NCBI GenBank assembly: GCA_032128875.1
Contig: JAVLKG010000003.1
Span: 792,974-856,973 of the forward strand
Length of the DNA: 64,000 bases
From: Candidatus Melainabacteria bacterium 17Bon1m
GTDB lineage: Bacteria; Cyanobacteriota; Vampirovibrionia; Obscuribacterales; Obscuribacteraceae
Reading direction: 5' to 3'
In this document: in pieces, positions 1 to 7,653 of the stretch
Numbering within the stretch: position 1 is the first letter of the stretch
Layout: each line of letters opens with the position of its first letter
The notes under the pieces: generated by a model
Told to the model about the DNA's origin: nothing
What the model saw: only the letters and a program-made list of their open reading frames with translations
Database searches by the model: none
Translations under genes and position numbers: made by a program

Positions 1-40
1 TCGATTTAGATCTAGATACTTGAGAAGAAGGAGTCTGCGA

Positions 41-1246
41 CTAGCGGCAAATGGCCTTTTCTTCTGTCTTTGCTTCTATAAGCACTTCCTCGACTGTTTT
101 GCGCATAACTATCGTGCGTTTGGCGAGCTCGTGGAAAAACTCTTTGTGCGGGACGCAGATTTCAGGAGGGATGGCGCCGCGTTCCATGATCGTTCCGGCA
201 AGCATCATGTCGGCAACGATTGCCGGTGGTACTCCTGTATCTAAAGCGCCGCAGGACAAGCCCCATTTCTTGTGTGCCAAGACTGTGGTTTCTAAGGTTA
301 CATTCACGGGTTGACCGTTGCGCTTTCCTTTTACTTCGACGCGAACAACTTCGGCATCATCAGGTGCCTGAGGTGTTTGTGGGAAGCGCTCGATCAAGTG
401 AGCAAGCACTTTTCTCGGTGTGAACTTTCCTTCTTGTATTTCTACTTTCTCGTTATCGCCGAAGCCGAGATCGACAAGCAATTTCAGGCGGTCATGAAAC
501 TCAGTCGGTAAGCCAAGTCTGAAAGTGACATCGGTACAGCCTTTGTGCTCGTAAGTTTTTGGCAGTGTCAAAACTTCTGAGTGCAGCGTCAAAATAGCTT
601 TACAAGCACCGACTGGTTCGGGCAATTGAACGAGCTTTTCGCCGGACATTGGTGGCTTTGCCCGAAACTCACCATCTTCGAAAACCATGGGTTCTTTCGT
701 GTATTCATCGAGGATGGTGTCGATTGCATATGGCGGCTGCAACGGGTGATCGGTGGTTACGAAGTCGATGCATCCGACTGTGATATCGATTGATTTCACT
801 TCGTCCAGCTCGCCGGCCCCTGCTGCTGCCATGATGTTTGTCATGCCAGGTGCTGCGCCCATGCCGAGTACTGCAGCTAAACCTTTGCTGCGGAATTCGT
901 CGTTTAATTCCAGTTGTTTCTTCGTCACGTGGAATAGTCCACCCAGATCCATGTAGTGGCAACTGGCTGCAAGAGCTGCTTTCATGACATCGACGTTGAA
1001 ATAATATGGTGTGGAGTTGATGACCAGAAATGCGTCACTTAGTACTGCGGCAAGTGATGCCGGGTCTTTCAGATCGCAGAATGCTGCCTCCAACTTCTTG
1101 CTCTTCAGGCTGTTTTTCAGCTCTTCGGCTTTGTCTTTATTGAAGTCAGCGATGACGATTGAGTCGAAATTGCTGAATTCGGCAAGGTCTCGCACAATGA
1201 CCTGTCCCATTGCTCCGGCGCCGCCCAGCACTACGATTTTTTTCAT
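41..1246 (-). CDS. Saccharopine dehydrogenase-family NAD(P)-dependent oxidoreductase (lysine dehydrogenase / carboxynorspermidine synthase-like)
   Basis: N-terminal Rossmann VVLGGAGAMG, family motifs HYMDLGG and GMGAAPGMTN; start taken at ATG 1246 (MKKIVV). Confidence 0.8.
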   Translation of the reverse strand: MKKIVVLGGAGAMGQVIVRDLAEFSNFDSIVIADFNKDKAEELKNSLKSKKLEAAFCDLKDPASLAAVLSDAFLVINSTPYYFNVDVMKAALAASCHYMDLGGLFHVTKKQLELNDEFRSKGLAAVLGMGAAPGMTNIMAAAGAGELDEVKSIDITVGCIDFVTTDHPLQPPYAIDTILDEYTKEPMVFEDGEFRAKPPMSGEKLVQLPEPVGACKAILTLHSEVLTLPKTYEHKGCTDVTFRLGLPTEFHDRLKLLVDLGFGDNEKVEIQEGKFTPRKVLAHLIERFPQTPQAPDDAEVVRVEVKGKRNGQPVNVTLETTVLAHKKWGLSCGALDTGVPPAIVADMMLAGTIMERGAIPPEICVPHKEFFHELAKRTIVMRKTVEEVLIEAKTEEKAICR

Positions 1247-1502
1247 GAGCTCACACAACCTATTGATTTGCTATTGCTTACTTAATGGTTAGTCGTTATT
1301 TAGACGAATTTCAATCTCAGCGGGTGAGTTCGAGCAAACTCGAAATCAAGCGCTAAGAGCACACTGAGGACCTATACCGAAAGCAGCCGTGAAACCGCCT
1401 GCCTGAGTGCGCGCAGGTGAATAAGTGTAGCAAAAGATGTCAGACCAATAATGGCCCGCTCTCGTACTCTATTTATGGATACGGTTTTGCAACCGGCAAC
1501 TT

Positions 1503-2069
1503 CTAATATTTGCCGCTGGTTGCTGACCCGGCGCCGTTGGCTGTGTCGTCTCCATAGGATGCCATGCCGTTGCCACCGGGGATGTAAGGCGTCAGTTTAG
1601 GACCGCCGTTGTTGCCGCTTCTGTAGCTGCTGCCGCCGCGCTGGAGCACGGTTCCGGGGACATAGTATTGCGCAGCCTGGTGACCCAGATCTGAGCGAAT
1701 TTGGTCGCCAGGTTGAGACACGTTTGCTCCCCACTTTGAGACAGGAACCTGAGCTCCGCCCTTCTTTTCGATTCGCTGTGGAGTGTAGAAGTTGTCTCCA
1801 GGAGTCTGGATGTTGGCGCCCCACGGTACTTTGGGAAGTAATGGGTTGGCTTGAGCGCCACCGACTTGTAATCCCTGCGCCGTTTTACTGAGAGTTCCAG
1901 AGGAGATGTAACTGCCGGAGGGATCCATGAGCCCGATCTGGTTCTGGTTGCAAACGCGCGCGCTGCCGTTGCCGTAGTGGAAGCTATAGCTGCTGTTCTG
2001 CGCAAAGGCAGGAGCAACTACAGAGGCGCAAATAAAGGCTGCGCCTGCAATAAGGAGGGTTTTATTCAT
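1503..2069 (-). CDS. Secreted hypothetical protein, Gly/Ser/Gln-rich, with two WGANxxxPGD repeats
   Basis: Sec-type signal MNKTLLIAGAAFICASVVAPAFA; internal repeats WGANIQTPGD and WGANVSQPGD. Confidence 0.65.
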   Translation of the reverse strand: MNKTLLIAGAAFICASVVAPAFAQNSSYSFHYGNGSARVCNQNQIGLMDPSGSYISSGTLSKTAQGLQVGGAQANPLLPKVPWGANIQTPGDNFYTPQRIEKKGGAQVPVSKWGANVSQPGDQIRSDLGHQAAQYYVPGTVLQRGGSSYRSGNNGGPKLTPYIPGGNGMASYGDDTANGAGSATSGKY

Positions 2070-2154
2070 AACGTTAGTAAGGTCCATTAGGAGCGGGTAC
2101 CTGGGGTGGTAGATAACTTGCTTCTAGGTTTGTAATCCGCGGCTCCGCCTCACT

Positions 2155-2322
2155 CTAGAGATGGCTGAGTTGGCTGAATGCGGAAAAAAGGCTCAGCGTT
2201 AGAGCGCTGAGGAGGATGTAAACGCCAGCCAGACGAGCTTGCGACCGTGAAATGGTCACTGCTTTCACCTTGACCTGTACGCTTCTCAAGGCGCCTGCCG
2301 GCTGCCTGTTATGCCTGTTCAT
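2155..2322 (-). CDS. Possible small single-TM protein
   Basis: 55-codon ORF, basic N-terminus plus C-terminal hydrophobic stretch LAGVYILLSALTLSLFSAF; no family recognised. Confidence 0.3.
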   Translation of the reverse strand: MNRHNRQPAGALRSVQVKVKAVTISRSQARLAGVYILLSALTLSLFSAFSQLSHL

Positions 2323-2482
2323 AAAAAGTCCGCCTAGTAAGTGTTGTAGATGCACTATAGATCAGTAGTAAAGGTAATAAAAGTTGCTACTTTACAATTT
2401 AATGTAACAGATTTAATCTGGATTCCGCAAGGGGGTCTGGCTCTACCGCCCACCAGGCTTGAAATACCCAATTTTGGAACTC

Positions 2483-2537
2483 TATCGATAACGATTCGGT
2501 TGCGCACATGAAATCCTGAACCGAATCGATAACGATT
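2483..2537. repeat. Two copies of dispersed palindromic element (cores 2483-2496 and 2524-2537)
   Basis: TATCGATAACGATT-CGGTT and AACCG-AATCGATAACGATT, 41 bp apart. Confidence 0.85.
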
Positions 2538-2569
2538 CGATTTCAAAAGACTGGTCAAGGGATGAAAAA

Positions 2570-3286
2570 TTATGCCGGCAGTGTGAGAGCGCGTTTGTGG
2601 GCTTGATTTTCCAGGGCGTCGTCTAGAGCATCAAGTTGGATGCTGCCATATCGTCGGCTCAAAGCTTGGGAAATAAGCTGGTCGCAAAATTGTGGATTCT
2701 TGGGCAGCAAGGAACCGTGCAAGTATGTGCCATACACTTTGCCGCTTTGCGCGCCTTCGCCGCCGTCTTCTCCATTGTTTCCATTGCCGACCACGACTTT
2801 GCCTAGTGGCTGAACATCTTTGCCAAGATATGTTTTACCGCTGTGGTTTTCGAAGCCGACAAGAGTCGTCTCGTCGCTGCGCCTGATAAGTACATTGCCG
2901 ATCATGCGTCGATTGCCGGCAACCGTGTGCGCATCGATAAGCGAAATACCTCTCAGCTCTTCGCCTTCATGAGGTTTGTAATAGTGACCAAGAAGCTGAT
3001 AGCCACCACAGATTGTGAGGAATGCAGCGCCATTGTCGACCGCGGTTTTCAATTGCTTGGCGCGCTTGACTAGATCCTGCGCAATGATTTGCTGCTGTTT
3101 GTCTTGACCGCCGCCGATAAAGTAAAGGTCGAAATATTCGGGATCAGCTTCTTGGTCCAATCCGATTGGACTAACTGTGACTTCGATATTGCGCCATTTT
3201 GCTCGTTGTGTAAGGGCGATGATATTGCCCCGGTCTCCATAAATATTGAGAAAGCGAGCGTATAAATGAGCGATACGTAATTCCAT
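2570..3286 (-). CDS. gatD: CobQ-like glutamine amidotransferase, GatD (lipid II amidation subunit)
   Basis: LNIYGDRGN, GGGQD, catalytic ICGGYQ, GFENH and YLHGS motifs typical of GatD. Confidence 0.85.
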   Translation of the reverse strand: MELRIAHLYARFLNIYGDRGNIIALTQRAKWRNIEVTVSPIGLDQEADPEYFDLYFIGGGQDKQQQIIAQDLVKRAKQLKTAVDNGAAFLTICGGYQLLGHYYKPHEGEELRGISLIDAHTVAGNRRMIGNVLIRRSDETTLVGFENHSGKTYLGKDVQPLGKVVVGNGNNGEDGGEGAQSGKVYGTYLHGSLLPKNPQFCDQLISQALSRRYGSIQLDALDDALENQAHKRALTLPA

Positions 3287-3774
3287 AAGTTGGCTCAACT
3301 GCTGAATTTGAAGTGCTGCCGACAATTCATTATAACGATGGGATTTTCTTTGCTACTAGTTAACTTACGCCCGACTTTTGATTGCACTCGGATCTCACGA
3401 GCCTGTCATCGCGCTTTCCAGTGTCTCCATATTTGATACCACCGGCGGGGCGCACCATATATAGTAGCGCGATCGCAAGAAGCTCAGTCCGATAAAAGAT
3501 CAATACCGCGGGAATATTTGAGTTCTTGATAATTGGTTGCCAGGAAATAAGGCGTGCCCTGCGTCTCGGGATTTCTAACTGATATATTTTTGGTGCCCTT
3601 CTCTTAAAATATTAGCGTTTTTTAAGCTCCGGCTTTTCGGCACCAGTCGTGGTTTTTCAACGATACTTTCAACACGTGTTTCAAATTGCACGTTTTACCA
3701 CTACTACTGACTGGAATATGTAGGCTATGATGCTTTCGTTAGATTCAGGTCATTGCGAAGGAGTGATTACTACT

Positions 3775-4338
3775 ATGAAGAAGGGGTTTGCAACCTTACT
3801 TACCGCATTAGTTGCCGTAAGTGCGAGCACCTTAGTCAATACGTCTGCTGCTTATGCGCAGGGTGCTAGTAATGTCAGCGAACTGACTGATGTTGTTGGA
3901 AATGAATGGGCATACAACGCCCTCAAGGAGCTCGTAAACAGCCCTTGCCACATCCTCGTTGGTTACCCAGACAGAACTTATCGTGGACAAAAATCCACCA
4001 CACGTTTTGAATTGGCTGCGGCGCTTTATAAATACGAACAGTGCATTACCGAAAGGCTTGCACTCAAAGCTGATAAAGCGGATTTGGAAAAATTTGCTGC
4101 CTTGTTGGAAGAGTTCCGCGGTGAACTCAACCACCTCAAGGCTCGCGTTGATAGCTTAGAAGCTAGAATGCGCGCTGTTGAAGAGAAGAATATTGAGCAA
4201 GACATGAGACTTGCTTATGCTGAGCGACAAAAGGGCTTCCTCTGGGAGCGCGTGGTAAAGGGAACAGCGATCGACGTACGTGATATTGGTGTCGGCGTGT
4301 ACCGTGGTGCACGTGGTATCTACCAATACTTGTTCTAA
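3775..4338 (+). CDS. Secreted SLH-domain plus coiled-coil protein (cyanobacterial porin/OmpM-like N-terminus, no beta-barrel)
   Basis: RBS AAGGAG, signal peptide, ELTDV..WAY.AL..LV, GYPDRTYRG, TRFELAAAL, then LLEEFRGEL..LKARVDSLEAR coiled coil. Confidence 0.8.
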   Translation: MKKGFATLLTALVAVSASTLVNTSAAYAQGASNVSELTDVVGNEWAYNALKELVNSPCHILVGYPDRTYRGQKSTTRFELAAALYKYEQCITERLALKADKADLEKFAALLEEFRGELNHLKARVDSLEARMRAVEEKNIEQDMRLAYAERQKGFLWERVVKGTAIDVRDIGVGVYRGARGIYQYLF

Positions 4339-4381
4339 GAACGAACGGATTCTCTCTACTCGCTTAGATCTGATCTACAGG

Positions 4382-4412
4382 AACTCCCGGCAGTCACATG
4401 CTGACGGGAGTT
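4382..4412 (+). terminator. Probable intrinsic terminator after SLH gene
   Basis: AACTCCCG...CGGGAGTT stem 44 nt after the stop, short T tail. Confidence 0.55.
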
Positions 4413-4499
4413 TCAGCTTAGCTATGCAAATTTGTCAAGCGAAAAGGTGAGCAATTGGCTCTCGTTGGGCACCAGCCTGGCGGCAGCTTGGATTCAAAG

Positions 4500-5300
4500 A
4501 TGGCAGCCTTCAATTTTTCGATGCCGGATGTTGAGATATCTCCTGAGCTTGCCTTTGCTCTTGATGTTTGTCGGCGTGCGGGCGAAGTTGCCATGAATCA
4601 TTTCGATCGCGATATTGCGGTTGAAGAGAAGTCCGATGGCACCCCAGTAACTGCTGCTGACAAGCAATGCGAACGCCTTATTCGTGAATCAATTGCTGAT
4701 AAATTTCCCGAGGACGCAATTCTTGGAGAAGAAGAAGGCGGCGACGATGCGCCACTTTCAAAAGGCCGTCGCTGGATAATCGACCCCATCGATGGTACTT
4801 ACAACTATGCTCGAGCCGTGCCGATTTTCTCGACTTTGCTTGCCCTTGAGAAGGACGGTGAGATTGTCTTAGGGGTTGTGTACAATCCGGCTGCCAATGA
4901 GATCTTCTGGGCAGAGAAAGGCGCAGGAGCCTTTCGGAATGGCAAAAAAATCAAGGTCTCAGAAATTTCTGAGATCAAGAATGCCCAGTTTAATTTCGGT
5001 GCTTTGAATCGCGTACAGGCAATGGGGCTCTGGGATTCTTTTGCCGAGCTTGTAAAAAATACTGTCCGCCAACGTGGATTTGGGGACTACCTCGGCTTTG
5101 CGCATGTCTTTGAGGGTAAGGCCGAAGCTCATCTAGAAGTCGGTGTGAAAGTCTGGGATCTCGCGCCCATGAAGATAATCGTTGAGGAAGCCGGCGGGCA
5201 GTTCAGCGATTTGTCGGGCGGCAAGTCTGTCTACAGAGGCAGTTGCCTGATTTCAAATGGCCTTGTGCACTCGCAATTTCTGGGCATATTAAAACGTTGA
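4500..5300 (+). CDS. hisN: Inositol monophosphatase-family protein, probable histidinol-phosphatase (HisN type)
   Basis: KSDGTPVT.AD, ILGEE, WIIDPIDGT, RGFGD, WDLAP motifs; start uncertain (4500 or 4521). Confidence 0.7.
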   Translation: MAAFNFSMPDVEISPELAFALDVCRRAGEVAMNHFDRDIAVEEKSDGTPVTAADKQCERLIRESIADKFPEDAILGEEEGGDDAPLSKGRRWIIDPIDGTYNYARAVPIFSTLLALEKDGEIVLGVVYNPAANEIFWAEKGAGAFRNGKKIKVSEISEIKNAQFNFGALNRVQAMGLWDSFAELVKNTVRQRGFGDYLGFAHVFEGKAEAHLEVGVKVWDLAPMKIIVEEAGGQFSDLSGGKSVYRGSCLISNGLVHSQFLGILKR

Positions 5301-5442
5301 TAGGCGTTGTGGGTTTCCTTTAGGCAAGCCGCATGCGGCTCCTTTTCCGGTTCTTCACTCAACGCTCTATTTCTTCTAACTGGCTAAATCAGCCAATTTT
5401 GACAACTGTCAGGGTAAAATTGCCTCTCTGAGGGAATTCTCA

Positions 5443-6645
5443 ATGCTCAAGGCCGAATGGACTAAATCAATGCGGGCGCGGATGACGCTCGTTATGTCTT
5501 TGTCCAGTGTTGTGCCTGTTGTTATTTGTCATCTCATCGTGGTCGGCACGAACGGAGCAAGGTTTAGCGATATCGTTTGGTACTTGCCTCTGATTCCGGT
5601 ACTTATCGCCATCAACTGGTTTCTTTCAGGGATCATTCTTATTCCTCTCAGGCAGCTGCTACAGGCAACAACCAAGCTGGCTAACATGGACATTCGCCAG
5701 CGGCTAGAAGTTGAGCCTAACGAGCTCTTTGAGACGGCGGAATTGCGAAAGTCTTTCAATAAATTGCTCAATCGATTGGAAGAGTCTCTCAACATTCAAT
5801 GCCAATTCGTTGCTGACGCTAGCCACGAATTGCGTACACCACTTACTTCTATTCAGGGATACACCAAACTTCTATTGCGTCGTGGACAGAGCATCGACGG
5901 GCATCTTCTAGCAGAAGCCTTGCAGACTATTTCCGATGAATCCGGTCGATTGATTCGACTGGTGTCTGACTTGTTGCAATTGGCTCGTGCAGACGCCGGA
6001 CAAGCAATAATCAATCAGCAAGAAGTTATTGACGCGCGTGATGTTCTTGCATCAGTCGAAGATACCGTCACGGTAATCGCTCCGGAGCAGATCGAAATTC
6101 AATTCATCATGCCTAGTCAGCCAATCTTTGTCTTCGCTGATAGCGACCGGCTCAAGCAAGTTTTTCTCAATCTGACAAACAATGCGATTAAGGCTACGCA
6201 GGCAGGTGGAAAAGTCACGGTTACTTTGCGCCTGAGCAACAATCAGGCGATCATCCGCGTAATTGATACCGGCATTGGTATCGCACCTGCGGACCAACAA
6301 AGAATTTTCGATCGCTTTTATAGAGTTGAGCGTTCTCGTGTGAAGAGCCGCATTTATGGCGGTGGTACCGGTCTTGGGTTGGCTATTGCTTTGACCATTA
6401 TCAAGGCACATGGCGGCAGCATTGATCTTGAAAGTGAATTGAACAAGGGCTCTACATTCACTGTTCGATTGCCTGTTGCCGACGAAAAGACCGGCAAGAG
6501 CGACACGGAAAAAAAAAGAACCGCCGAGCTGGCGAGACTGGAAGCACAGGAGAAACAGGAACGTCCGAGGGACCAAGTCCAGAAGGACCAGCGTGATCCG
6601 CAAGACAAAGTGCAACCGAAAGAAGCTCAGACAGCCGATTCCTGA
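5443..6645 (+). CDS. Sensor histidine kinase (2 TM, HAMP, HisKA, HATPase), no adjacent response regulator
   Basis: H box ADASHELRTPL, N box NLTNNA, DTGIGI, FDRFYR, GTGLGL; very short loop between TM helices. Confidence 0.9.
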   Translation: MLKAEWTKSMRARMTLVMSLSSVVPVVICHLIVVGTNGARFSDIVWYLPLIPVLIAINWFLSGIILIPLRQLLQATTKLANMDIRQRLEVEPNELFETAELRKSFNKLLNRLEESLNIQCQFVADASHELRTPLTSIQGYTKLLLRRGQSIDGHLLAEALQTISDESGRLIRLVSDLLQLARADAGQAIINQQEVIDARDVLASVEDTVTVIAPEQIEIQFIMPSQPIFVFADSDRLKQVFLNLTNNAIKATQAGGKVTVTLRLSNNQAIIRVIDTGIGIAPADQQRIFDRFYRVERSRVKSRIYGGGTGLGLAIALTIIKAHGGSIDLESELNKGSTFTVRLPVADEKTGKSDTEKKRTAELARLEAQEKQERPRDQVQKDQRDPQDKVQPKEAQTADS

Positions 6646-6708
6646 GAAACTGCAATATTCGATTCCTGAGAACCTGCAAACGTTGAGTCCTGCGGACTTC
6701 GAGTTACT
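6637..6708. repeat. Degenerate 24-bp tandem repeat x3 overlapping the kinase stop codon
   Basis: GATTCCTGAGAAACTGCAATATTC / GATTCCTGAGAACCTGCAAACGTT / GAGTCCTGCGGACTTCGAGTTACT. Confidence 0.6.
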
Positions 6709-6717
6709 TATCGGCAG

Positions 6718-6751
6718 AAAACAAAAACGCACCGCTTGAGCAGTGCGTTTT
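6718..6751 (-). terminator. Intrinsic terminator of rplY (possibly bidirectional)
   Basis: Minus strand AAAACGCACTGC-TCAA-GCGGTGCGTTTT followed by TGTTTT, between convergent genes. Confidence 0.75.
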
Positions 6752-6774
6752 CAAATTTTTCTTTCGTCGCAGAA

Positions 6775-7389
6775 CTAGGAAGCTGCTGCTGCCGGTTCTG
6801 GAGTTGCTGCGCTTTCGCTCGATGCTCCAGCTTCTCCTGCGGCTGCTTTCTTCGCCACAACGCGAGCGACAACTTCTTCTTCTGGGTTGAGGATTTTGAT
6901 TTTGTCAGAAACCTTCAACTCTCCGAAGTGGAGTCCTTGGTCGATTTCGGTGATCAACGAAACGTCTGCTTCGATGAAGTCAGGGATATCACCAGGCAAG
7001 CATTCGATTTCTGCGTCTTGGAAAACTTCGATGAGCTGTCCGCCTTCGATAGTTACTGCAGTCGATACGCCGATGAACTTCAGAGGTACGGTCACAGTCA
7101 ATTTGCGGTCGAGAGCCACGCGATAGAGTTCTACGTTGAGAACTTCGTGGGTTGTGCCTCTGCGCTGAACGTCACGGATGATGGCATTGATTTTGCCCTT
7201 GCCTGTCTCCAGCTCGATCATGTGGGAGTAGGCGCCTTTCGGCAAACGGGAAAATTCTTTGGCGTCTATTTGTACGCTTTCAGACGGCTGGCCGGGACCG
7301 TAGAGAGTCGCAGGGATTTTTGCTTCCCTTCTCAGCTGTCTCGGTGTTTTGTCTTCGCGAGCAGCGACCGCCAACTTAATCTTGTCCAT
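6775..7389 (-). CDS. rplY: 50S ribosomal protein L25 / Ctc (long form)
   Basis: RQLRR..KIPATLYG, IIRDVQR, VTVPLKF.G, CLPGDIPDFIEADVS motifs. Confidence 0.9.
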   Translation of the reverse strand: MDKIKLAVAAREDKTPRQLRREAKIPATLYGPGQPSESVQIDAKEFSRLPKGAYSHMIELETGKGKINAIIRDVQRRGTTHEVLNVELYRVALDRKLTVTVPLKFIGVSTAVTIEGGQLIEVFQDAEIECLPGDIPDFIEADVSLITEIDQGLHFGELKVSDKIKILNPEEEVVARVVAKKAAAGEAGASSESAATPEPAAAAS

Positions 7390-7461
7390 GACCAAAAGAT
7401 CCTTATAAATACGTAAGCCTAAAGCGGACGATAAACTCCCCTCAAAACGGAGGAGTAAGAG

Positions 7462-7533
7462 CTGGGGTGCAAGGATTCGAACCTCAGAATGGCTGGACCA
7501 AAACCAGCTGCCTTACCGCTTGGCGACACCCCA
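7462..7533 (-). tRNA. tRNA-Gln(UUG), CCA not encoded
   Basis: Minus strand TGGGGTG..GCCAAGCGGTAAGGC..GCTGG-TTTTGGT-CCAGC..GGTTCGAATCC..CACCCCAG folds as a cloverleaf with TTG anticodon. Confidence 0.95.
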
Positions 7534-7552
7534 ATCTTAGCGTCGAAGGCCC

Positions 7553-7582
7553 ATTTTATTTAATAGCGCGCCATTGTGTCAA
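7553..7582 (-). promoter_or_regulatory. Sigma70-type promoter for tRNA-Gln/rplY
   Basis: TTGACA-N18-TAAAAT followed by GC-rich discriminator, about 20 nt upstream of the tRNA. Confidence 0.6.
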
Positions 7583-7653
7583 CGCCAAACGGTTAGTTTG
7601 GTTACATCCTGTGCGGGTTTCGATCGGATTTATCGAACTGGCGCCAATCGGTA

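Noticed and set aside
3452-3467. NrdR-box-like GCACCATATATAGTAG
   Set aside because: Single imperfect match with no ribonucleotide reductase gene nearby.
3469-3476. HIP1 octamer GCGATCGC (also at 62868-62875)
   Set aside because: Only a couple of copies noticed by eye, compatible with chance; no cyanobacterial-type enrichment.
7462-7533. tRNA as an integration site for an island
   Set aside because: No integrase and no duplicated tRNA 3' end seen; flanked by core genes rplY and recN.
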